27,210 bases of DNA, from contig JAYUUN010000105.1 in NCBI GenBank assembly GCA_043754535.1, positions 62,001 through 89,210 of the forward strand. Reading direction: 5' to 3'. The notes beneath the pieces were generated by a model, which searched no databases, was not told the origin of the DNA, and saw nothing but the letters and a program-made list of their open reading frames with translations. Positions 9,101 through 15,627 of the stretch are shown here, piece after piece (positions within the stretch are counted from its first letter, which is position 1; every line of letters begins with the position of its first letter). This DNA comes from Chloroflexota bacterium. GTDB taxonomy: Bacteria; Chloroflexota; Chloroflexia; QHBQ01. A program made the position numbers and the translations under genes.

Positions 9101-9401
9101 CACCCAGGTGCTTGTCTACTACCCCGCCAAACTGGCGCACGATAGCGTCAAGTTCGGCCCACAGAGCATCTAGCGCATCGGCCACATCCTCTGCGTCAAC
9201 CGCTTCAGACCAGGCGGTGTAGTTGGCAATGTCGGCAAAAAGGATGGTCAATTGCTTGCGCTGAGCCTGCTGGCTACGCTCAAGCAGAGTTAGCTTCTCA
9301 CTCAGGGCGGCTACCGCTGCCTCAACCACAGCGTCACCAAGCTGGCTACGCTGGCCTGCCAGCTTGCTGATCGCCTCCTCAATTTGCTCGCGCTCGTTCA
9401 C
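6114..9401 (-). CDS. Class III adenylate/guanylate cyclase - STAND (AAA_16) ATPase - TPR protein
   Basis: Cyclase motifs LFADI, DKHLGDG and YTVVGDSVNLAARL (K/T specificity residues suggest ATP). P-loop AEAGMGKSRL, Walker B LLLDDLHWAD, GNPFY and FKHAILRDV.Y; TPR C-terminus. Confidence 0.92.
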   Translation of the reverse strand: MNEREQIEEAISKLAGQRSQLGDAVVEAAVAALSEKLTLLERSQQAQRKQLTILFADIANYTAWSEAVDAEDVADALDALWAELDAIVRQFGGVVDKHLGDGLLALFGAAVSHEDDPQQAVRAALAMQTAFASFSLPVEMNRRSLPELGLRVGVHTGPVLLTTIGTRGEYTVVGDSVNLAARLQQTAPSGGVVISQDVYRQVRGGFQLRRLEPLALKGKSEAVQAYLARGERPRPLRVSQRGVEGVVTTMVGRDGQLARLKHAHQEVLEGNGLRLLTIVAEAGMGKSRLLQEFNIWFDLTTPTVWYFCAQAEQNQSNVPYGLLREMLALRFDILDNDPLPVVCDKFVRGVASFLGPESEEQAQVLGQLLGFDFSDSPAVQERKQSQRQLHDDGSRYFASLMQAALARFPVMLLLDDLHWADAGSLALLTYLAQQSQSESLLIIAASRPILFEEQPQWGAGLAGYQRIDLTPLSQEESRSLARDILRPIPQVPGALLDLISDGAEGNPFYIEEIIKMLIEEEVILRGEEQWQVVNAQPGRLRVPPTLTGVLQARLDSLSREELATIQRASVVGRIFWDSAVQRLANDQPKNETCALLQSLVGKGLIYQHNDSDFQGSAEYSFKHAILRDVTYEGVLRKVRRSYHAAMAAWIQEQSGARVGEYAALLALHYEQGNQPLLAGQWYAQAGGRAEVRYLPDVAAHHYQQALTLISDEPLYSAQRLDIYEALGLVLRNQARFEEAMLVYAAMRRTAVTAADPDRQVQALLGLAFLQDELGDHYASLKSVTRAEQVARRGSSPATRARALHGRGWVLHLLGRLTEAKLLGQEALSLSREIGDLRLVANCLNLLGTVAMVEGDYKQGVLHFEEYVTAGQQMGVRGILPIALSNLAEVWLAMDNYETALRLSTEAVAIAQQIGQRRGELSSLVTVSEALVGLGRYAEAEAAVRQALLLAGDDRLPFLVPTYKSLTKALLGQERCAEAATVARQALSFVQETEGPEYIAIAWEALTLVAAACNGVEAEGRLYTASNCYAEVALIYRLGGIQVEEARSLRSWAEYELQAGDPQRGRELWQQGYALFTSLGLVRELERMDAALQVAS

Positions 9402-9623
9402 TGCTTCCCCCTACCAACTCGCTAGCTAACCTGGATATTATTCTCATGATACTTACGCAACAGAGAGCAGATCGGTTGTCTCCCTGAGGCAATTCTTAGC
9501 CCTTTACTACGTACTGTGCTAGCCAACCCTTCTATATATAGCAAAAAGGTGGCCGCCACTGCTAGCCACAAATGCCAGCCGCGAACAGTGCTTGCTATCC
9601 CCTACCGTAGCTTACCCTGGCCG

Positions 9624-9632
9624 TGTTATAAT
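9624..9632 (+). promoter_or_regulatory. Extended -10 promoter (TGTTATAAT)
   Basis: Perfect TGnTATAAT about 100 nt upstream of ATG 9734. Confidence 0.6.
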
Positions 9633-9733
9633 CAACAGGCATAGTAACAAGGGTGCAACAAGCTGCGCTCCAGCGAGTGGGTGCCGACAGGTAGTTGGCC
9701 TCGCATAGTGGCCTTGCGGCCAGGAGGTTGATC

Positions 9734-10678
9734 ATGAGAAAGTCTGTTGTGGTGCGATTTTTGGCTTTTGCCCTGCTAACGGTGGTGCTGCTGCCTCTCA
9801 GTCAGGCAGCGGCGGCATATTCGGGTTATTACGCCTACGCCAATCCTGCCTTCTACAACTCGTGGTACAAGGTGGACGGCGTGGTGTCGAACGGGGTGGT
9901 GCGGCGGCCACTCTATTGGGGGGCGGGGCCGGTCAGCGACAAGCTGAACAACAGCCCCAGCGATCCAGGTCGCATCGTTCAATACTTCGACAAGGGGCGG
10001 ATGGAGATCACCGACGTGAACGGTGACAAGAGCGGCCCGTACTACGTCAGCAGTAGCCTGTTGGCAAAGGAACTGGTCAGCGGCCAGCGGGAGGTGCAGG
10101 AGCGGCTCAAGATCGCCCGTAGTTCTGCCCTGATCCCGATTGTCTCTGACATGGACGACGCGAAGGCCGTCACCTACGCCAGCTTCAAGAGCCTGATCAA
10201 CAGCCGTGCTGCCAATATATCGGTGGGAGTGACTGGCAAGCAAAGTCAGCCTATTGCCACCCTCGACTACCAGGGCAAGGTTGGCAGCGATGGTGGCAAG
10301 TTCAACGCCGGTAATAGTGCGTTGGACAATCTGTACTACGATAATACCACCGGCCACAACCTGCCTCGCGCCTTCTGGGACTTCCTCAATGCCAGTGGGC
10401 CAACGTACGATTGCACTGCGGCCCGCTGCGTTGTTGGTGGCCCCTCTGGGCGCAAGCTAGCCAGCCCCTGGTACCTCTACAGCGGCCTGCCGATCAGCGA
10501 ACCGTACTGGATCAAGGCCAAAATCGGCAACCGCCCAAACATGGACGTGCTGGTACAGGTCTTCGAACGGCGTGTCCTCTACTATATGCCGGACGGTGCA
10601 GCGGGGCAGAAGGTGCAGTTCGCTAATGTTGGGCGCGCCCACTACGTTTGGATTTATGGCATGGAAGGTCTCGGCTAA
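9734..10678 (+). CDS. Secreted protein with Chloroflexota-type envelope domain (unknown function)
   Basis: SD AGGAGG then ATG 9734; signal peptide MRKSVVVRFLAFALLTVVLLPLSQAAAA. Motifs VQYFDKGRME, TGHN, GLPISEPYW, VLVQVFERRVL and NVG.HY are ones I recognise from Chloroflexota extracellular proteins. Confidence 0.8.
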   Translation: MRKSVVVRFLAFALLTVVLLPLSQAAAAYSGYYAYANPAFYNSWYKVDGVVSNGVVRRPLYWGAGPVSDKLNNSPSDPGRIVQYFDKGRMEITDVNGDKSGPYYVSSSLLAKELVSGQREVQERLKIARSSALIPIVSDMDDAKAVTYASFKSLINSRAANISVGVTGKQSQPIATLDYQGKVGSDGGKFNAGNSALDNLYYDNTTGHNLPRAFWDFLNASGPTYDCTAARCVVGGPSGRKLASPWYLYSGLPISEPYWIKAKIGNRPNMDVLVQVFERRVLYYMPDGAAGQKVQFANVGRAHYVWIYGMEGLG

Positions 10679-10712
10679 GCCCGCTGCTCTACACGCCCCA
10701 GCCCCAGTAAAC

Positions 10713-10749
10713 AGCAAGAGCGCACCCTTTTGCGGTGCGCTCCTTTGCT
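10713..10749. terminator. Hairpin between convergent genes, probable (bidirectional) terminator
   Basis: GAGCGCACC (10718-10726) / GGTGCGCTC (10734-10742), extended by AGCAA/TTGCT. Confidence 0.6.
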
Positions 10750-10767
10750 CTGCAATGTAGCAGGCGA

Positions 10768-11790
10768 TCAGCGTTCGATGTTACCAAAGGTGTCGCGGGT
10801 AGCACCATCTGCGTCCTTGCTGCTTACCTGGTTGGGGTCGGCAGCGGCGCGGGCGGGCGCATTACTGTTGTCAATATAGCCACCTGCCTGGTTCACCGCG
10901 TCGCCTACCGCACTGGCTGCGTCGGGTTGGTCGGTGCGGAGGCTCTCGCTAGCGGCATAGCTCGTGGTTGCAGCGTACTGTGAACCAGTGGTGGTCTTGG
11001 CGTAGTCCCCCCCACCTTCGGAGCCAGCCAGCCCAGCATTGCCCATTGCGGCATCGCTGGCAGCGGCATAGGCAGCTTCCTGATCGCGCAGGGCGGGGTC
11101 GTGTGCGTCGAAGTAGTTGGCGGTGGAGTTGTTGCCCGCCTCTATCTCGCTGGCCGGGTAGACCCCACCAGAGAGCGCATCGCTAGCAACCATCGTCGGG
11201 CTGACGGCGGTCATCCTGCCACTGGTGGTGCTACCAATCCCTGCATTGCTAGCGGTCAGCGCAGGGCTGCTGCCCATGCGGTTCTGCACATCCTCAGCCC
11301 CAGCATCAAGCAGGATGCGGCGGGTAGCAGCCTCATCCTGACCCTGCGGGTCAACGGTGAGCAGGATACTGCCCTCGCCTACTGCTGCCTGGTAGTATTG
11401 CGCCTCCTCGGATGGCACACCCGCATTGGTCAGGCTGCCCAGCAGCCCCCCTGCGACGGCCCCGGTTGCCGCGCCAATGCCAGCTCCAGCGGCAGTCCAG
11501 GCCAGCGCACTACCTGCAAGAGCAATAGGGCCGAGGATCGGCAGGGTGAGGATAGTACCAGTGGCGATCAAAGCGGCCAGTGCGCCACCGACGACCGTGC
11601 CTTCAACAGCCCCCGCCCCAGCAACAGTACCAGCATCAGTTACATCGTTGGCAGCGGCCATCGTCTTGCTGGTGTCGCGGTTTTGGGCGACCACGCCGAT
11701 CTGGTTGGCCTCATAACCAGCCGCCTTCAGATCGCTGATCGCTCGCTCGGCGGCACTCTCAGTGCGGAACAAACCTACTACAGTAGCCAT
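10768..11790 (-). CDS. General stress protein (YflT/17M-like N-terminal domain with glycine-zipper hairpin), paralogue B
   Basis: SD AGAGGAGGAG then ATG 11790. MATVVGLF...AERAI..LKAAGY...IGVVA, GxxxG-rich TM hairpin, GVPSEEAQYY...G.ILLTV; low-complexity tail. Confidence 0.82.
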   Translation of the reverse strand: MATVVGLFRTESAAERAISDLKAAGYEANQIGVVAQNRDTSKTMAAANDVTDAGTVAGAGAVEGTVVGGALAALIATGTILTLPILGPIALAGSALAWTAAGAGIGAATGAVAGGLLGSLTNAGVPSEEAQYYQAAVGEGSILLTVDPQGQDEAATRRILLDAGAEDVQNRMGSSPALTASNAGIGSTTSGRMTAVSPTMVASDALSGGVYPASEIEAGNNSTANYFDAHDPALRDQEAAYAAASDAAMGNAGLAGSEGGGDYAKTTTGSQYAATTSYAASESLRTDQPDAASAVGDAVNQAGGYIDNSNAPARAAADPNQVSSKDADGATRDTFGNIER

Positions 11791-11919
11791 TCTCGCTCCT
11801 CCTCTTGGCTGGCGAACTAGTTGCCGAACAAAGACGCTGCCCGCGTTGCCAACCACTGCGGTTCAGGGTTGTGGCTGCGGGCAGAGTCTGCTAGTGGTTA
11901 AGTTGGCTGGCGGTCAGCC

Positions 11920-12822
11920 TTAGCTGTGGTCGCCAAGCTCGTTGCGGACATCACCCTCGGCGCGCTTCATCTTGCCTTCAACCACGTCGCCGGTGCCGCC
12001 GGCCTGCAAGTTGTCGTTGTTCAACACGTCACCAACGCCGCGCTTGATGTTGCCGAAGGTCTCCTGCGCTGCGCCACCAACCTGGTCATGGTCGGGGAGA
12101 ACCTTGCCAGCATCGTGGGCTACATTGCCAGCTGCGTTGCCAGTGTTGTTCGCCGCAGTGCCAATGGCGTTGCCAGTGTTGTCCATTGCACTACCAGCAG
12201 CATAGCCAGCACTACCCATCGCGCTGCCAGCGGTGTAGCCAGCGTTGCCCGTCGTGCTGCTAGTGCTGTCAGCATAGGTGCTGCTCATGCTGCCAGTCCC
12301 CGTGCTGCTGCTGTCGCCCTGGAAGCTGACAGCCCCAGCAGTGCTGAGGATTTGGCGGGTCTGGCTTTCGTTCTTGTTGCTGTGGACGGTAAGGAGGATG
12401 CCACCCTGACCGACTTCGGTCTGGTAGAAGCGGGCCTCATCCTCTGGTACGCCAGAGTCGGTCAGGCTGCCGAGCAGACCACCAGCGATAGCCCCAGTTG
12501 CGGCACCGATACCAGCCCCAGCGGCGGTCCAGGCCAATGCGCTACCTGCGAGGGCGATAGGGCCGAGGATTGGCAGGGTGAGGATAGTACCAGTGGCGAT
12601 CAAGGCCGCCAGCGCGCCACCGACGACGGTGCCTTCGACGGCCCCCGCCCCAGCGGCAGTACCAGCGTCAGTCACATTGTTGTCAGCGGCCATTGCCTTG
12701 CTGGTGCCGCGGTTCTGGGCGACTACGCCGATCTCACTTGCCTCGTAACCAGCAGTTTTGAGGGCGTTGATTGCCTGCTCGGCATCGCTCTCATTGCGGA
12801 ACAAACCTGCTACGGTAGCCAT
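11920..12822 (-). CDS. General stress protein (YflT/17M-like domain) with C-terminal CsbD-like domain, paralogue A
   Basis: SD AAAGGAG. Same N-terminal domain as paralogue B. C-terminus DQVGGAAQETFGNIKRGVGDVLNNDNLQAGGTGDVVEGKMKRAEGDVR fits the CsbD pattern. Confidence 0.85.
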   Translation of the reverse strand: MATVAGLFRNESDAEQAINALKTAGYEASEIGVVAQNRGTSKAMAADNNVTDAGTAAGAGAVEGTVVGGALAALIATGTILTLPILGPIALAGSALAWTAAGAGIGAATGAIAGGLLGSLTDSGVPEDEARFYQTEVGQGGILLTVHSNKNESQTRQILSTAGAVSFQGDSSSTGTGSMSSTYADSTSSTTGNAGYTAGSAMGSAGYAAGSAMDNTGNAIGTAANNTGNAAGNVAHDAGKVLPDHDQVGGAAQETFGNIKRGVGDVLNNDNLQAGGTGDVVEGKMKRAEGDVRNELGDHS

Positions 12823-12930
12823 GTTCTTCGTTCTCCTTTAGGGTTGTATTGGCTGAGATCAGCCGCTTAGGATCTTGTAAGTCACGGGTGGCTGTTGTTG
12901 CGGCCACTGTACTTCCTGCTCGCTCCTCTA

Positions 12931-12956
12931 TAACGCTCCCGGCTCCACCCTGTTAC
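12931..12956 (-). promoter_or_regulatory. ECF-sigma-like promoter GTAAC-N16-CGTTA
   Basis: Reverse complement of gttac (12952-12956) and taacg (12931-12935), 16-nt spacer, upstream of the stress genes. Confidence 0.5.
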
Positions 12957-12987
12957 GGGCGGCCCCATCGCCGTTCATCACCTTATG

Positions 12988-13003
12988 AGCAACCTGCGTG
13001 CCA
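12988..13003 (-). promoter_or_regulatory. Sigma54 (-24/-12) promoter TGGCACGCAGGTTGCT
   Basis: Exact match to TGGCACG-N4-TTGCW, oriented toward the stress genes. Confidence 0.75.
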
Positions 13004-13121
13004 CTAGTCGCCCTAAATTAGCGACTCGCCCCAAAATCGCTAATCAACGACCTGGCTACTGGTGTGCGGCAGTGGTCAACGCCGATTCTGCAAATTGGGG
13101 GTTGGTTCTGGACAAAACCTC

Positions 13122-13151
13122 TTGACAAAGGCCATCGTCCTGTGTTACAAT
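13122..13151 (+). promoter_or_regulatory. Strong sigma70-type promoter TTGACA-N18-TACAAT with TG extension
   Basis: TTGACA at 13122-13127 and TGTTACAAT at 13143-13151. Confidence 0.75.
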
Positions 13152-13229
13152 TCTTCCTACGAGGACAGCCTCTGCCGCCACTAGCAGTTCGACGGCATCG
13201 GTAACGACAGGGAAAGGAGGCACACGCCA

Positions 13230-13286
13230 ATGTACCCTTTGATCAATCCTCACCTCTTGCACATGAGGTTTCAGACTGACAGTTAG
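13230..13286 (+). CDS. Candidate 18-aa small ORF MYPLINPHLLHMRFQTDS
   Basis: AAAGGAGG at 13213-13220, 9 nt before ATG 13230; TAG at 13284-13286. Confidence 0.4.
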   Translation: MYPLINPHLLHMRFQTDS

Positions 13287-13330
13287 GCCCTGAATAGGGG
13301 CGTACCTGAGGACATCTGAAGAAAAGAGAC

Positions 13331-13368
13331 AACCCCATCGGCCAGATCGGTCAGTGGGGTTTCTTTTT
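13331..13368 (+). terminator. Intrinsic terminator
   Basis: AACCCCAT/GTGGGGTT stem with inner GGCC/GGTC, running into TTTCTTTTT; A-rich 5' flank. Confidence 0.75.
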
Positions 13369-13416
13369 GCCTCCACTCCTGCGCTCCCGCTCCACTGCGT
13401 GCAGCAGATCACAATC

Positions 13417-13446
13417 TTGCAGCACGAGTCCGGCATTTGGTATCAT
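13417..13446 (+). promoter_or_regulatory. Probable pan/coa operon promoter TTGCAG-N18-TATCAT with TG extension
   Basis: TTGCAG at 13417-13422 and TGGTATCAT at 13438-13446. Confidence 0.55.
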
Positions 13447-13479
13447 CCATTTAACCACTTAGAGCGATAGTGCCTGAGA

Positions 13480-13567
13480 TGGTCATAGAGCGAAAAGATA
13501 CGGTTGGGCGTTCTGCGCCATCTACCGTCCTGCTCCCTTGACCAGCCGCACACGCTAGTCTATGCGG
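13480..13567 (+). promoter_or_regulatory. Structured 5' leader of the pan operon (candidate cis-regulatory RNA, possibly pan-motif-like)
   Basis: Long bulged hairpin TGGTCA/TGACCA, GAGC/GCTC, ACGGT/ACCGT, GGCG/CGCC (13480-13544), followed by a CCGCA/TGCGG hairpin abutting the SD. Confidence 0.55.
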
Positions 13568-13579
13568 GGAGGGCTGCGG

Positions 13580-14545
13580 ATGAGCGAGGACATGGCAACA
13601 GGCTGGCTGGCTGACGAGAGCCACAGTTGGCGGATTGGGTTTGTGGGGGCCGGGCGGGTTGGTAGCGCACTGGCGATCCTGCTGCGACAGGCAGGCTATC
13701 GGATCAGCGCGATCAGCAGCGAGTACCGCCGCAGTGCCGAGGCGTTGGCCCAGGTATTGGGCGATAGCGGGTTGGTGGCCGCAGATGCGGTGGCGGTAGC
13801 CGAGCGCAGTGACCTGATCTTTATCACCACGCCAGACGATGCTATCGCGCCAGTGGCAGGCCAGATCGGGCGGGCAGGGGTGAGTGCGGGTAAGGCTGTG
13901 GTGCATACCAGCGGGGCGTTGCCCAGCCTGGTGCTGGCGGGGGTGCGCGAACATGGGGCGTTGATCGCTAGTCTGCACCCGCTGCAAGCCTTCGCCAGCG
14001 TCGAGGCGGCCCTTAGTAAACTGCGGGGTAGCAGCTTCGCTATCGAGGGCGACCCCCTGCTGTTGCCAGCCCTGACCCGGCTGGTCAGCGACCTGGGTGG
14101 TGTGCCAATGGCGATCCGCCCGCAGGACAAGGTGCTGTACCACGCGGCAGCGGTGATCGCAGCAAACTATGCAGTGACCCTGGCGGATGTGGCGACCAGC
14201 CTGCTGGCCCAGACTGGTATCCCGAAGGCACAGGCGTTGCAGGCTTTGCTACCGCTCTTGCAGGGTAGCCTGGACAACCTGAAGGAGCTTGGCCTGCCGC
14301 ACGCCCTAACCGGCCCGGTGGCGCGGGGTGATGTGGGGACGGTGCGCCGCCACCTGACTGCCCTCGACGCAACCGACCGCGAGGTAGCCGCACTCTATCG
14401 CAGTCTGGCGGCCTTTACCCTGCCCGTCGCCCTCGGCAAGGGGCTGGATGCGGATAAGCTGAACGCGCTGCACGATCTGCTGACCGAACCAGCGGCTAGC
14501 GATGCCGACCTGTACGATGACAGCACGATTGCAGAGGCAATGTAA
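13580..14545 (+). CDS. panG: Rossmann-like / DUF2520 oxidoreductase, probable PanG-type ketopantoate reductase
   Basis: GFVGAGRVG, ITTPDDAI, VHTSGA, SLHPLQAF, LYHAAAVIAAN and LTGPVARGD; first gene of the pan operon. Confidence 0.8.
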   Translation: MSEDMATGWLADESHSWRIGFVGAGRVGSALAILLRQAGYRISAISSEYRRSAEALAQVLGDSGLVAADAVAVAERSDLIFITTPDDAIAPVAGQIGRAGVSAGKAVVHTSGALPSLVLAGVREHGALIASLHPLQAFASVEAALSKLRGSSFAIEGDPLLLPALTRLVSDLGGVPMAIRPQDKVLYHAAAVIAANYAVTLADVATSLLAQTGIPKAQALQALLPLLQGSLDNLKELGLPHALTGPVARGDVGTVRRHLTALDATDREVAALYRSLAAFTLPVALGKGLDADKLNALHDLLTEPAASDADLYDDSTIAEAM

Positions 14546-14609
14546 GCCTCCTGGTTGGCTTTGGCTTACTTTGGTTGATTAAGAAAGAGAAGATTGAGGA
14601 GGGTTGGCG

Positions 14610-15503
14610 ATGACATATGCAAGTACAGCCACTACCGGCAGCGACCGGAGGGGGACTGACAGTACGACAGCTCGTGTCACGATCAACGACATCAAAGCGA
14701 TGAAGCTGCGTGCTGAGAAGATCGCCATGCTAACTGCCTACGACTACCCCACTGCCCGCCTGCTTGATGCAGCGGGCATCCCCATGCTGCTGGTCGGCGA
14801 CTCGCTGGGGATGGTGCTGCTTGGCTACCCCGACACCCTACACGTAACTATGGCTGACATGATTTCGCACACGGCGGCAGTGGCTCGCGGCGCGCAGCAA
14901 GCCCTGATTGTCGCAGATATGCCCTTCATGAGTTACCAAACCGGCCCCCGCGATGCACTCCGCAATGCAGCCCGCCTGCTGACCGAGGGGAACGCGCAGG
15001 CGGTCAAGCTGGAAGGCGGCCACGCTATTGCCTCCACCGTGGCACGATTGACCGCCGCTGGCATCCCGGTGATCGGCCACCTGGGGCTGACCCCCCAATC
15101 CTTCAACCAGCTTGGTGGCTATAAGGTACAGGGCAAGAGCCGCGAGTCCGCCCGCCGCTTGCTGGCCGACGCACACGAGTTGGAGGCGGCAGGGGCGTTC
15201 GCTATCGTCCTCGAAACCGTTCCTGCACCGCTGGCGAAGTTGGTTAGTGGCAAGCTAACCATCCCCACTATTGGTATCGGGGCTGGGGCGGGCTGCGACG
15301 GTCAGGTGCAGGTTGTTCATGACATCCTCGGCCTCAACTTCGGCCACCAGCCCCGCCACGCCCACCAATACGTTGACTTGGCCGCCCTGATCACCCAGGC
15401 TGGCAGCGCATACCTGAGCGAAGTAACTAGCGGCGCGTTCCCTACCGAGGCGAACGCCTTCAAGATGGACGAGAGCTTGCTTGAGGGGATCGACAGTTTC
15501 TAA
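14610..15503 (+). CDS. panB: 3-methyl-2-oxobutanoate hydroxymethyltransferase
   Basis: MLTAYD, LVGDSLG, ADMPF, VKLEGG, GHLGLTPQ and TIGIGAG..CDGQV; SD GAGGAGG then ATG 14610. Confidence 0.97.
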   Translation: MTYASTATTGSDRRGTDSTTARVTINDIKAMKLRAEKIAMLTAYDYPTARLLDAAGIPMLLVGDSLGMVLLGYPDTLHVTMADMISHTAAVARGAQQALIVADMPFMSYQTGPRDALRNAARLLTEGNAQAVKLEGGHAIASTVARLTAAGIPVIGHLGLTPQSFNQLGGYKVQGKSRESARRLLADAHELEAAGAFAIVLETVPAPLAKLVSGKLTIPTIGIGAGAGCDGQVQVVHDILGLNFGHQPRHAHQYVDLAALITQAGSAYLSEVTSGAFPTEANAFKMDESLLEGIDSF

Positions 15504-15627
15504 TGGTTCTGGTACTTTATCGAAATGAAACAGCGTGGCAAATGCAACAAAGCCGCCCCAGCCGTCCGTTCGTTTTAGGGTTACGTTAGCTGTGTGGGCT
15601 TGCAGCTAAGACTAAGAAGGAGCAACA

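Larger units (their letters stand above)
13158..13368 (+). ncRNA. Candidate ~210-nt structured small RNA or small-ORF mRNA
   Basis: Bounded by a consensus promoter and an intrinsic terminator. Several hairpins: TGCCG/CGGCA, TCG-GTAA-CGA, CCTC/GAGG, CCCT/AGGG and TCCTCA/TGAGGA. Confidence 0.55.

Noticed and set aside
11101..12870. Long plus-strand ORFs 11101-11820 and 11926-12870
   Set aside because: Antisense to the stress paralogues, with low-complexity translations typical of GC-rich shadows.
12789..12907. Out-of-frame GTG uORF overlapping the start of stress protein A
   Set aside because: SD spacing is poor and there is no coding signal; likely chance.
13158..13368. Identification of the small transcript as 6S, SRP, tmRNA, tRNA, T-box or a type I toxin mRNA
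   Set aside because: No long end-to-end rod, SRP loop, tRNA-like ends or T-box sequence; the peptide is not a hydrophobic TM toxin.
13018..13436. Minus-strand ORFs 13018-13230 and 13056-13436
   Set aside because: No SD or recognisable product; the region is better explained by plus-strand promoter/terminator signals.
15525..15578. Small ORF MKQRGKCNKAAPAVRSF between panB and panC
   Set aside because: No SD; the length is expected by chance.
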